Source: Octopus sinensis (lineage: Eukaryota). From it: a stretch of 64,000 nt of DNA. Each line of letters opens with the position of its first letter. The stretch's first letter is position 1. A model generated the notes under the pieces. That model ran no database searches. It was not told the origin of the DNA and saw only the letters and a list, made by a program, of their open reading frames with translations. This document shows, piece after piece, positions 15,150 through 28,409 of the stretch. A program made the translations under genes and the position numbers. Location of the stretch: the NCBI RefSeq assembly GCF_006345805.1, contig NC_043009.1, forward strand, positions 32,984,001 to 33,048,000, in the 5' to 3' direction.

Positions 15150-16086
15150 TATATGTATATGCGTGTGTCTATGTGCATTTGTGTACATATATACATGTAT
15201 GCAATATATGCATATACATAACTTGTATATTTGCATGTTTGTATGTATGTATGTATGCGGGTGACTACTATATTTATTAAAAAAATCTATCATGTATTCA
15301 CAACACATTTGGGCAAAGAAAAGCCACATAAGATGGGCGCCATATCTGAGTGCGTAAAGAGGTTTGTATAGAATAGCACTTTGGATCAATTTTATTTTAT
15401 CAATAAGGTTATTATGAGTGGCGGTCTTGGCGTTATTAGCCGCTGTCTAGCTTATTGATTTGTTGTGCTGAACGTTTCGTTATGTGCTGATATAATTTCA
15501 CTGTCGACATTAATAGTGTTTTAATCGGTAAATCTTGTATTTACAACAAAATTGAATTGATGCAGTTAAGCGAAAAGCTTTGTGCGATATTCAATAAAAA
15601 AATATTTCTCAAGATAAATCCATATAAAACAAAGCCATACCGATTCACTGATGTGTCGTTTGTTTTGTAAAAGTATAAATTGGATAAAACAATCTCCTTC
15701 TCTCACCATCTATCCCTCGCTGTCTCTTCTTTATCTCTCTAAATCTTCACTTCCTCATGTTAACGCTCTCTTCTCTACCTCTCGCTGTATTTCTCTCGCT
15801 CGCTTTCTAGAAAATTCATTTTTATATTTAAAAGTTTGTAGATATTATTCTCCTTTTGTTTCTTTCATTTTGTTTTTTTGTGAATTACAGCATGAATAAG
15901 CATCAACCCGTAGCTGTTTGAAAAGCGAGCAGAAACATGTCATGGAAGACATTTTGAATAAAATCATTTCTATGGTACACAAAAAAAATGAATGGTAGAA
16001 AGTAAAATAAATTCATAAAAACAATTGCAGCAGCAGCAGCAGCGGCGGCGGCAGCGACAGCAGCAGGAGCGGCTGTAGTGGTAGTG

Positions 16087-16130
<44 letters not shown>

Positions 16131-16204
16131 CATCGGTGGCAGCAGCAGCTGTAGCAGCAACAGCAGCAGCGGCTGTGGTGGTAGTGGTGGTAGTAGTAGT
16201 AGTC

Positions 16205-16256
<52 letters not shown>

Positions 16257-16592
16257 AAGAAGAAGAAGAAGAAGAAGAAGAAGAAGAAGAAGAAGAAGAA
16301 GAAGAAATTAATAATATAATTAGGAAATAAAGTCGATACGGATCGCCAACTTGAAAGTGGTGGGCCAGAATAACTGGATTCCAGTGCTTGAAACCAGTAA
16401 GCATACACACACACACACTCAAACGTGCGTGAGTGTGTATGTATGTATATATATATATATGTATATATATATATAATATATATATATATATAATATATAT
16501 ATAAAATATATTGAGACAAACCACTATTTTGCAAAACAAACAAGGAAAGACTTAATCAATACATAAAATTTAATAAATAGTCAAAAAAACCG

Positions 16593-16635
16593 CCACTACA
16601 ATCGTTTCTTGTCTTGATCGACAATCTTCAGGTGG
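16593..16635 (-). ncRNA. Minimal type I hammerhead ribozyme motif (inverted copy)
   Basis: Exact reverse complement of 16996-17038. Confidence 0.8.
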
Positions 16636-16749
16636 ACTTCCAATAATTCAGTTACAAATTATGACTTTATTTCCTAATTATATTATTAATTTCTTCTTCT
16701 TCTTCTTCTTCTTCTTCTTCTTCTTCTTCTTCTTCTTCTTCTTCTTCTT

Positions 16750-16789
<40 letters not shown>

Positions 16790-16863
16790 GACTACTACTA
16801 CTACCACCACTACCACCACAGCCGCTGCTGCTGTTGCTGCTACAGCTGCTGCTGCCACCGATG

Positions 16864-16916
<53 letters not shown>

Positions 16917-16964
16917 CACTACCACTACAGCCGCTTCATAATTTGTAACTGAATTATTGGAAGT

Positions 16965-17215
16965 CTTCATAATTTGTAACTGAATTATTGGAAGTCCACC
17001 TGAAGATTGTCGATCAAGACAAGAAACGATTGTAGTGGCGGTTTTTTTGACTATTTATTAAATTTTATGTATGATTAAGTCTTTCCTTGTTTGTTTTGCA
17101 AAATAGTGGTTTTGTCTCAAATAATATTTTATAATTTTTACTATAAAATTGGATTTAATCCTAAATCTGATTTTTTTTCCCTGTAAATTTGGATATATTC
17201 CCTAATATTTATTAT
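16965..17215 (+). mobile_element. Penelope-like pseudo-LTR / 3' end fragment
   Basis: Hammerhead followed by a T-rich tail. The downstream part (CTATAAAATTGGATTTAATCCTAAATCTGA...) is shared with the minus-strand copy at 58870-59175. Confidence 0.6.
16996..17038 (+). ncRNA. Minimal type I hammerhead ribozyme motif
   Basis: CCAC-CUGAAGA-UUGUC[GAUCAA]GACAA-GAAAC-GAUU-GUA-GUGG: canonical core, 4-bp stem I, 5-bp stem II, GUA cleavage triplet. Confidence 0.85.
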
Positions 17216-17222
17216 TATATAT

Positions 17223-17280
<58 letters not shown>

Positions 17281-18257
17281 TATATATCAGCCAGACAGTG
17301 TAATTGTATTGCATTCTATACGTAAAGCATAAGCGACGAATGCAAAGATAAGTTAATATTCATACAAATCAAACGGATGACTGAGTAATCAAGTAAGTGT
17401 ATAAATAGAAGATGAAGTAATCAGTAGGTGGATGTGAAATAAGTTGTATGACTTAATTCCATGATCGCTTTCGTGTTAACACACGTCATCAGACGCAATG
17501 TCTTGTCTTGTCATCGATAAATTGTGAGTCAGACACGAGAACGAAAGAGTATACCATGCTTACCAGGGGAGACTGGAGATGAATTTATCCGTTTGCTAAA
17601 CAATATCTTGTCGATATGAATGCATGTGTATTGGTTGGACGTCCTTTATTATATTATGTAGAGATTCCCAAGAATTCATTAAAAAACAGACCCAATCACT
17701 GCTATAATCTATAACAGGTCACTTTTAGGTCACTTGACCATTTAACATCCTACTATTATCATACCACTTACATTCCATCTTATTCTCCCTTGTCTTTCTC
17801 CTTCTTCTTATTCGTCTTCTTCCTCTCCGCCACCTCCTTCCTAACTTTACTACTATTGCTGTATAGAATAACACGTACGCAAATTTTATAAACAAGACAT
17901 TCAAAAGGGATGTCTCAAGAATTCAATCACTACTGCCATCCACAAGTCACTTTCAGGGGACTTGATCATTTAACATCCTACTACTATCATGGCACTCCTG
18001 CATTCTTCCTCTCCTCCTCCTTCTTTTTCTTCTTCTTCTTCTTCTTCTTCTTCTTCTTCTTCTTCTTCTCCCCCACCTTATTCTTCTTCTTCCTCCCTGC
18101 CAAGAATTCACAACGACCTTGAACCCACAAGACCAAACAAGAAAGACAGAGACAGACAGAAACAACGAACATGCCCCTTCTATTTGAATATTATGCAAAT
18201 ATTCTTTTCAAAACTTTTCTTCTAATTTTCCCAAAATTTAATTGCTTTGCATACTTA

Positions 18258-18293
18258 CATTTGAAAAAGTCTCAATGACTGAAACTGGTACTG
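18258..18293 (+). ncRNA. Hammerhead-like motif, UUGAAAA-core family (stem I degenerate)
   Basis: CAU-UUGAAAA-AGUC[UCAAU]GACU-GAAAC-UG-GUA-CUG; homologous to 59757-59793. Confidence 0.55.
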
Positions 18294-18380
18294 AAATGTT
18301 TTTATAAAATTATTTCAGCATTTTCTACCTTGACTTTTTTTCCATATATATCAACTCGTGTTTCCCTTTCAAGCTTCTGC

Positions 18381-18416
<36 letters not shown>

Positions 18417-18445
18417 TTGTATGTTTGTGTAAGTGTGTGTGTGTG

Positions 18446-18734
18446 TGGAGTCACATGGCCTAGAGGTTAGAGCGGTCGAGGGATCGCGGGTTCGAATCTC
18501 AGACCGGGCGATGTGTGTTTTTATGAGCGAAAGACCTAAGCTCCACGCGGCTCCGGCAGAAGGTAATGGCGAACTTCTGCTGACACTTTCGCCACAACTT
18601 TCTCTCACTCTTTCCTTCTGCATCTTGCAGCTTACATGCGACAGACTGGCGCCCCGTCCAGGTGGGGAACTTATAGGCCAAATAAATCAGGAAACCAGCC
18701 CTATGCTCCACAAGGGGCAAAAAGGATTAAGAAG

Positions 18735-18735
<1 letters not shown>
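18446..18735 (+). mobile_element. tRNA-derived SINE (family C)
   Basis: A-box-like TGGCCTAGAGG, B-box GGTTCGAATC, GC-richer body containing GCGACAGACTGGCGCCCCGTCCAGG. Confidence 0.7.
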
Positions 18736-19378
<643 letters not shown>

Positions 19379-19442
19379 TATATATATATACGTATGTATG
19401 TATGTATGTATGTATGTATGTATGTATGTATGTGTATGTGTA

Positions 19443-20537
19443 CTGGGTGCGGTGAATAAATTGTCATCTAAATTACGCATGAATGAAAATAACACTGACT
19501 TCACATTGGACTTCGTAATCTCCCGCAACTCTTTTGGACGGTCTCCTTAATTTGGTGTATGCTGCTATAATCCCTGCCTTCAGTTCATCTTTGGTGCTAC
19601 AAGGAGTTCTCTTGGTCTCTCGCTCAACTGACACCCCTCACATAATAATGAAGGGGGTTGAAGTCTGGAAGAGCTAGGTGGCCAAATGTTATGGGAATGT
19701 GGACGCAGAAATTTCTGACAGCCATGAACGGGCTCTCCTGCTCGGGTAGCATGGTGCAGAGTCCTGTTGCCGCCCTCTTGACCCAGGGCAGCGCTACTTC
19801 CTCCAGGAACTTGATGTAGGCTTCCCTGTTGAGCACTTGATGTAGGTCATCACTAATGGTCACTCCAAACATCATGATGTTGAATAGAAGTTTGAGATTT
19901 ATCAGGCAAGCCAACGATTGTTCTGTGCGTTCACCATCTGTTCCTGGTACAAATCGTTCTCTATCTGAGAGAAACCAAAGCATGTTCGGTTGGAGGGGAT
20001 GCTTGAGTTTGTCCAAAAGTTATTTAGCGCGGTCTCTCCCTATTGTCCTTCATGGTTTAGGATAGAAAATTGGCCCTTTTTCTTCTTGTATGAGGATTAC
20101 CGAATGTCTTCATGCACGACCTGCTTGATAAGAAACTCAAACACTCCCTGGTGATGAACCAGATTGACTTGGAAGGATCGTTGTCAATCATGACCTAGAT
20201 CGCACCAACAAATTCTTGAGTTCTTTTCTTATCAGAACCATCAGAGTGAGTTTTCCGAGCCGCTTCGTAATCACCATTAGACTCATCCAATTCTTTCCGA
20301 ATGATCTGCACTATCCTCAGATTGACATCCAAATACTCTGAAATGTTCGTATTAGAGTTTCCGGCGCGAATGCCATGTAAAACAGCATGTCGTTTCCAAA
20401 TTTCTGAGTGATGTGCTGTTTTTCTTACAGACGGTACCCAACTGACCCTACTATACTCTGTAGTCGCCAATATCAAAACAAAGTGCATGTGCGAAAATAA
20501 AAACATAAAATCGTGACAATCTACCCATCGCACCTTG
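19443..20537 (-). mobile_element. Tc1/mariner-superfamily transposon relic (maT/DD37D-like), ~1.1 kb
   Basis: Imperfect TIRs (CTGGGTGCGGTGAATAAATTGTCA / CAAGGTGCGATGGGTAGATTGTCA) flanked by TA. Frameshifted transposase pieces KRHAVLHGIRAG, LNREAYIKFLEEVALPWVK and PDFNPLHYYV. Confidence 0.85.
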
Positions 20538-20611
20538 TATATGTATATATATATATATATAACTTATGAGAACTTAGTTCTCTTCAGGAACAGATGTGGT
20601 GGTGGCAGCAA

Positions 20612-20672
<61 letters not shown>

Positions 20673-20675
20673 AGT

Positions 20676-20708
<33 letters not shown>

Positions 20709-21211
20709 AGGAGGAGGTTCCATCCCACGTCACTTACGTCCGCGGATATTTCTATTGATTTCGCACGTTTCTTTCTGATAATTCATTTTAACAAATCCGT
20801 CCTGCTTCATTCTTCCTCGTTTTTTTTTTTAACATCTTTTTTATATCTCGTTCTCCCTGTTTTTTCTTCCTCGTTTTTCTTTACACATTTCTTTCTCTCT
20901 ACTTCACTTACTCTTGTGTTTATTCATTTATTTAGTCTTTTTTTATTTTCATATATGTTTTGTTTTTACTTTCTCTTAAAAAATATAATTCAATTCATTT
21001 TGGTAAACATACTTTAAACAATGTTACCCCTAAATAGACAGAGAAATATACACACATACATGCATGCACTTACACACACCGACGTACACACATGCACATA
21101 TATATATATATTTATACACATAAGTATACGTACATACATACATATATATATGTGTGTGTGTGTGTGTGTGAGTGTGTGTGCGTGTGTGTGTGTGTATGTG
21201 TGAGTGTGTGC

Positions 21212-21244
<33 letters not shown>

Positions 21245-23624
21245 ATACTTGTGAGTATATTATGGTAAAATAAAGGCAAAAATTCTCTATAATTCTCAAA
21301 TGTGAATATCAGAGAAAAATAGTTGTATTCTTTAGAAAAGAATAATTTTACAGCTTCTACTCTTCAATTTACGAACGAAAAGCGGGGTGGGTACAATATC
21401 ATGAAAGTCCATCTGAAAAATACGTAGTCTTGCAAATAATGCGTTACCAATCTATGAAATGTCTTTCTATTGCAAACCCAGACTAGTTCTTTGAATCTCC
21501 CTCACATTAGCCTTCTTCAATTTCACTGTGTGTCTAGTGAAATAGAAATTAAGAAGAACAAAACATTACAACGCGATCCTAATAGACATTTCTAGTGAAT
21601 TTCCATTGAGTCTTTTGTTGTTGATACTGTTATAATAGTTTCATAGATTTTACTATCGAATATAAAATAAAATGTCCTTTTTTTATTTTTTATTTTTCAA
21701 ATTTTTCTCTTATGTCTATTGTTTTGTTGCTGCTAATGTTGTTATTTTTATGTATTCTGTTCATGAATAATGTGAGTTGAGTTTTTTTTTCTATTATTTT
21801 CTATATATCTTTTCGCTTCCTTTTCAATTTACTCTGTTGCTGTCCATTTTGTTTGTGTTTAACTGCCTATTAAGTAACAAATCTATCAGAACACTGAATT
21901 ATTATAATTAGCGGTGTTTTCTTGTTTTTCGCTTTTTGTTTAGATTTTTATTTTTCTTAAAAGGCCACTGTATGAATATACAAAATTGGGCAAACCAATT
22001 TTTAATATCATAAAATAAAAACATAATAAAAACAGACATATTTTAAATGGACGAATATCTTCAGTGGTAAGTGTAGCAAGAGCCAAGACGAAATAATATA
22101 ATTTACATTGTGTTCACTGTCAAATGAATAAAATATACACAAAACCGTCTTTTAGAAGTTATGTAAAAAATTTGAAGAGCGGTTCAGTTTTATCGTCTGT
22201 GAATGTATTTTGTTTTATAGGCTAAAGTATGAAAAGAATCTCGATGCAAGTTGTTAGTATTTGTTTATAAAGAAGGAACAACACCCACAAAATATGTAAT
22301 TCATACACTTTGGTCAGGAGAATAAAATGAATCGTAAATACCATTAAACAGATGGGTTCTAAGGTGTAAGATTTTTAACTACCTGGTTGATGAGTTTTCT
22401 TTGAAAATCTTTGTACATTTCTCTACCAAGTCATTTATCTGTTGATTAACGTGTTTGGTAAAGCAAACGCGAGAAATAGGCTGACAATATATAAGCAATG
22501 ATATTCGAAACACACTTCGAGATAGTGTTCGTTCAGTGTGCATCGATGTTTGTTTCTTTGGTCAAAAGATTTGTAAGGAAACGCAACCATTTTCATGTAG
22601 TCACGTGATATGTGTATCGTTTCACGTGAGAAAACATACTGCGTCCCTCTCTGTTCCATGTGCAAAACTGAGTACATATCAACTTAATCTGCCAAAACAT
22701 TTATATTCTGTTATTTAAGAATTTGTAATTAGAAGCATTCTGCGATTCTTGCCATTGTCCTGTCCAGACAGTAACCAAATCAATTCAAGATTAAATATTG
22801 ATGTCTCCACGTGACCTGGTCTCAAATGTAAGCATTCTCAACTGGAAATCAGTCGAATATTGTCAGCTGCAACGCACGTGAAGTCCAAACTTCTGGTGCT
22901 AAGTCTATTCCAGCTGTACTACAAGTCAATTATAGCACAATGCAACATGTCATTCGTATTATCACATTCTCTGTCTAAAAACTAATATCTTTAGACAATG
23001 ACGAATACATACATCGTTATTCTAAATGTCTCAAGGTGTCAATATGTTTTGAGAGATGCTGCTTTCTGGACAGGACGATGTCATGGATGACAACAAAATG
23101 TCGAGAGATTATTTCTCAAGAATTTTCAAAGGGTTCTATGTATTTATTTTATTTTCTTCCAGTTATCTGCAAGAGACACAATATCATATTAAACGAATGC
23201 TTTAAAAATTTACATTGAGGAATGAGAAAGTATTGCTATAGGGAGGTATTCTTCTTGTCAAAGTTTTATGTATTAATATTAAACAAAGTTTTGCTCAGTT
23301 ATTGCCACATATCCATCTCCGCTTCAGTCGTTTGAACAAAATGTAGTTATAAAATTGTGAGAGCTTCACACCCCAACGATATATACTTTGCATTTTGACA
23401 TTACGTATTTTATATTATATATATATATAATAAAAATGTGTGTGTCCGCGTGTGTGTCTCCACCTATAGAAAGAAAAACTACAGTTTAGATACAGACACT
23501 CAAAGCTCATTCTTGTGTAAAAGTTCACAACCAAGACAGCACCGAGTTTCTAATGGTACTCCGAAGGGAACTACTGGCTCTTTTCCAACATGTACAAAAT
23601 GGCATTTCAAAAATAAATGGTCTA

Positions 23625-24218
23625 AGTTTTTTTATAGGTTTCAGCTCAAAGCTGCGGCCATGCTGGGGGCACCACCGTTTTGCTACACTGTTATTATTGA
23701 GAGCTCTCTTCGATACGTGACATTTGGTAAGTAATGGAGTTTGACGTCGCTGCTCTAATTTGCGCCTCCAGCCGCGAGGTAGGTTAGTCTGGTACTCTCG
23801 ACAGGAAGAGATCCAGTTCTGTTTTGAAAACATCTACATCCACTTTGTAGATTAAAAACTGTGAGCCCTATAAATCCAGGCTGTTGCAGTCACTGGTCCC
23901 TAAGTGCGACGGCATTGTTGGGATTTTGGCACTGTTCAGTGGCAACCCGTTCTGGCATTTGTGTAGCTTTTAATGCCAAAATTTGGCACAATACCTTCCA
24001 GAAGCTTCCAGATGCATATTACTACATTTCTCTTTCACGTTCACTCCATAGAGTGGAGTCTTATTTGTTTCAGTCTTTTCACAGTAACTGAGCTGTTGCA
24101 ATGAGACGATCTTCTTTGTGAAGGTTTGCTGGACTGCTTCAAGGTCCGCTGATAATTTTACACTGTGGTGTGACCATAGTTGGGAGCAGTAGTCCAGGCT
24201 GGTGAGGACGAATGTCGC
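23625..24218 (-). mobile_element. CR1/L2-type LINE 3' fragment
   Basis: Manual translation TFVLTSLDYCSQLWSHHSVKLSADLEAVQQTFTKKI...EGIVPNFGIKSYTNARTG is typical of a LINE ORF2 C-terminus. The 3' UTR ends GGTGGTGCCCCCAGCATGGCCGCAG...CTGAAAC. Confidence 0.8.
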
Positions 24219-24299
24219 TCTGTGTGTCTGTGTCTGGTGTGTCTGTGTATAACTGTAATAATCTCTATAACTTTATATTGCTATAGGAAAAAGAGGAGC

Positions 24300-26140
24300 C
24301 GATGTTGAGGGTCATCCAAGTATAAAATTATTTGAATCGACAAAAGCGGAAGGGTTTACTCTGTGCATCCGTGTCACTATGAATGGTTCTTTTTGAGGAT
24401 GCTTCTTCATGAAATAAGAGGACCGACTTTCTTCTCCTTCCTTACAACGATTGACGGTCACACTGCTCGTATTTATAGAGAAGCCTGTTTTAGCCTAAAA
24501 TTTGTAAGATGACAGAGGGATAGAACAATGGCTGAGTCTTCAGTGACACACGCACCTATTTCTTTGAGAGATGTTTTTGCAATTCTTCTCCTGAATTGTA
24601 AAGCGTTGTGACACAATTATAAGAATAATTTATCAGAAGACTACAAATATCAAACAGAATTAAGATTCCCTGAGACAGAAATAGCATTCAACGATGACGT
24701 ATATAATTCTGCATTGGTTGATACTGAAGATCGCGTTGAGGAGTTCAGCAAGTTTGGCTTACCTGGAACTCATCGACATGAGGTGAATAATTTGATCACA
24801 GAGGTTTTGCGAGAAGATTCATATGTTATTGATTCATTAACAAGATTCCTTGAAGAAAATATCCCGAAACTTTTACCAGGCCAACTTCTTGCATATACGG
24901 CAATCATTGGCCAAGTGACACATAAGAGAGGAGGATTATATTTTTTTAAAGCACCAGGTGTAAATGGAAAAACTTTTGTTACAAATTTAGTACTAGCCAA
25001 AGTCTGACAGAAAAAGGAAATAGCCTTAGCTGTAACGAACTCTGGAATTGCTGTGACTTTACTCTCAGGAGGTCGCACAGCTCATGTAGCGTTCAAGCTG
25101 TCACTCAATCTAACTTCAAGTGATGAATCTGTCTGAAATATTAGTAACAGTTCTTCTTTAGCTCACGTTCTCATGAAATGCTCTTTGTTTATATAGGAGC
25201 GAATATAGGATGTCCCATAAAAATCAGTAGAAGCTGTTACTAGAATGCTGCAGGATTAGCGCAATTCACGTTGTTTGATGAGAGGAGTGACAATAGTACT
25301 TTCAGGTGATTTCAGAAACATTTTGCCAGTTGTTCCCTGGGGAACAAAGCGGGTGAATTGAAAGCGTGCTTGAAATCTTCTGTTTTATGGAAACATATCA
25401 AAGCTTTCTACAAATATGAGGGCACATTAACATGGAGATCATCTGTTGGAGCAGTTTTCCCATACTATTTTGCAACTTGGAGAAGGAAGGCTAGATATCA
25501 ATCATGAATTCATCAAAAGTCTGCACCTTGGTCAGCTCAGTTGAAGAACTTATTGAAAACGTTTTTCCAAGTATAATTTCAAATTACACAAATACTACTT
25601 GATTGTACAAAAGAGAAATCATAGCACCAAAGAACGTTACGAAGGATAATTTAAATTAAAGACTCGAGAAACTTTTACCGAGAAGAATCAGGAATAGTCA
25701 ATTACCCAGTTGAGTTCTTAAACTCCATGCAACCACCAGGAGCTCCACTCCATTGCCTTCCATTGAAAATAGGTGCTCCAGTCATGCTTTTGGGCAATCT
25801 TTCTCAACCAAAGCTGTGCAATAGCACGACTTGTGAAGAAATTAATGAGAAATGTCATACAGGCCACAAAAATTTCCGGTTGTGGAAAAGGCGAAGTTGT
25901 TTTCATTCCTCGCTTACCTTTAATAACCTCTAATATGCCCTTCGAGCTCAAATAACTTTAATTTCCAATACGTCTGTCTTTTGCGATGTTCATTAATAAG
26001 TCCCAAGGTCAGACTCTGAACGCTGCTGGTTTGCAATTAGAAGAGGACTGTTTATCATACGGTCAGTTATATGTTGGGTCATCAAGAAGAATATTTTCCT
26101 TTTTGGCCCTACTGGTAAATTCGAAACATTGTCTATAAAG
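24300..26140 (+). pseudogene. Helitron RepHel (PIF1-family helicase) pseudogene
   Basis: Segments RVYSVHP..FFLRMLLHEIRGPT, GGLYFFKAPGVNGKTF (Walker A), [35 protein letters not shown] and INKSQGQTL. Many stops and frameshifts. Confidence 0.92.
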
Positions 26141-26339
26141 AAGGTTTTTTTTTACCATGGGATCAACAAACTAAAATTTGAAGAACTGATATTGTCAACG
26201 TCACACTATATTCGTCTAAGAAAAGCTATTTGTATTCTTGATTGTTGCTCAATATATCATAGTACATATAGAAAATATCAATATTTCTAAATCTCTATAA
26301 ACGAGACTACGGTAGCAGTACTGGATATTAATAGTTATC

Positions 26340-26746
26340 GTCAAGCTAACAGACAGCCAGCCTGGTGGGTTCAGCTACTTTATATTGAAAAGGGGCAATT
26401 ACCCCGAAACTAGTCTGTAGCTGTTGAACCACCAGGGGAAGCTGCTGACCTCCACTGTTCGAAGGTTGTAATGGACACAGGTTTGTGTTACATAGCAAGC
26501 CAGAGGACTAACATGGACTGCCATGTTAGCTTTACGATAACTATTGACCGCGTGTGTACCGTTGGCGATTTTTTTCCTCTGTCTTCCCTTCTCTGGATCT
26601 TTCCTTCTCCTATGTTTCCGACGAAGAGCTCCGCTCGAAACGTTAAAACCCTCTTCTTTCCTTCTTTCCTGAGCGTCCAATAATACTATATTTGATCCAC
26701 GTCCTCGCGTTGTTGTGTTTTTCTGTGCTTTCTTGTTTGGATTAAC

Positions 26747-26748
<2 letters not shown>
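26340..26748 (+). mobile_element. Penelope-like pseudo-LTR fragment with hammerhead-like motif
   Basis: Same family as 53004-53200 (minus strand); hammerhead-like motif at 26615-26647; pyrimidine-rich tail running into (TA)n. Confidence 0.6.
26615..26647 (+). ncRNA. Minimal hammerhead-like motif (U4C core, extra A after A9)
   Basis: UUU-CCGACGA-A-GAGC[UCC]GCUC-GAAAC-GUU-AAA with palindromic AACGUU stem III. Confidence 0.6.
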
Positions 26749-26807
<59 letters not shown>

Positions 26808-26808
26808 C

Positions 26809-26858
<50 letters not shown>

Positions 26859-28346
26859 CAATATAGAGGCTGTAGTGTATATCTTTATACGTATGTATAT
26901 ATATACATGTGTAAATATATATACATATATGTATGCGTATGTGTGTTTGCGTGCGCGCGCGTATCCGGCGGCACACTTCTGACTTTTTGCATATTATGAT
27001 TATTGTGTAAGTCTTGGTTTCCTGAAAATACCATCGAGATAAGGCGTTACACAATTTCTTTATATTTCCTTTCTCTGTAGTTTATGTGCTCTCTGTAAAT
27101 ATAAGAAACTTAAATTCCGTTTATCTACCTTACTATTCTACATAGACAGGAAGGCAGAGAGACAGGCAGACAAATAGTCAAATAGAGAGAGATCTACGAA
27201 TCCGTGAAATAATTTTACAAGACTACTTGACTACTAGTAATGTGACTGATAAAATCAACACTAGTAAACAACTAAGTATGGTACCACTGGTATTCCACAA
27301 ACTTATGTCCCTAATATCAACTACTTTGGTATATATAAATATTATCATAAAGTATATACCGAACGAAGATTTATTAATAGGAGGCAAGGAACAGGCGTTT
27401 AAAGATATTCAGATTAACTTCCTTGTAAATTCTAATTCTTTAACAATACTTAGCGGTTCCGAAAAAGAAATTCCCCTTGCTTATGACAGCAATTTGAATT
27501 CAATTTTAATTATAGTGCTCTTCTTTAAAAAGATACCGGAACCGGAAACCAGTCAACATTTACACAACAAACATTTTACTACGCTTTGTAATCCATGATA
27601 TCTAAGTCTCAGAAACTAATATATGGTGCGTTCTCGGTTTCTTTCAAAAGATAAATCTTCAGTTAATCGAGCGATTTAATCTCTATTAGTGCAACATGAA
27701 AGTAGTTGAGTATTCGGTAGAAAGTTGTACTTAATTATTTTGTTGAATCATGTTACACAATATGACAAGTGTAAATGTATAAATTACACAAACGTTCCAG
27801 AGACTAAGGGAGAGATAGGGAGACATGGGGTGAGAAGAATACAGAGCAAGAGATGTAGAGTTATAGGGGGAGAGAGGGGAAAAAGAGAGAGATGGATAAA
27901 TGTGTGGGGGAGAGTGAGAGAATGAGGAAATATACTTTTATGTATACATACCTAAGAATTTATGATAACATCTTAGAGAAATATTTAGGGAGAAGATATG
28001 AGTATATACAACAGATACTGGGCTGTCTGGGATGAGATTGCAGAAAACCAGCAAGTCCCGAGAAATAGATAACTTTGTAGGTATTATCCGGAGGAAAGCA
28101 TAAGAAGACAGCCGATCTGTTGGCTGGAGTGCGGATTGTGTTAGTGAGTAGCTTTATGATAAGCATCCCGACGGTTTTTTCCCCATTAAGAATAAGACGT
28201 CTATGCGCGTGGGAGCAACATAGTCCCAGGAGTGGGAGAAATATTCCATTATGGTCTTTACTGGAACTTTCTAAATGTTTAGTAGATATCGATCGTGTAT
28301 TGATATAAATAGTGGAGATTCTCAACAAAATACAAAAAGAACATAC

Positions 28347-28409
28347 AGTTCCATTCAATCGTAAAGAATCAAGAGTTTTAAACAGTTCCTTGCAGAATCG
28401 ATAGTCAGT
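28347..28409 (-). other. Candidate 63-nt exon (TDYRFCKELFKTLDSLRLNGT)
   Basis: Acceptor CTTCTACATTCATCTTCATTCTTACAG, donor ACT|GTATGT, open phase-0 frame. Product not recognised. Confidence 0.3.

Larger units (their letters stand above)
16068..17118. repeat. Interleaved double inverted duplication (A..C, A', C')
   Basis: 16068-16334 is inverted at 16663-16935; 16512-16663 is inverted at about 16967-17118; a 31-bp tandem duplication lies at 16934-16995. Confidence 0.9.
23412..26333 (+). mobile_element. Decayed Helitron with a nested LINE fragment
   Basis: Helitron-style TA/TG-rich left end at about 23412, RepHel relic at 24300-26140 and a degenerate 3' end near 26333. Boundaries are approximate. 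Confidence 0.6.

Noticed and set aside
17461-17495. Minus-strand CUGAUGA-C-GUG/CAC-GAAA motif
   Set aside because: No valid NUH site or stem III; at best a heavily decayed relic.
22768-22827. Plus-strand segment with good acceptor and donor
   Set aside because: Stops in all frames and no supporting neighbours; likely a chance match.
27625-27668. Minus-strand CUGAAGA-UUU..AAA-GAAAC motif
   Set aside because: Weak all-AU stem II and no cleavage triplet.
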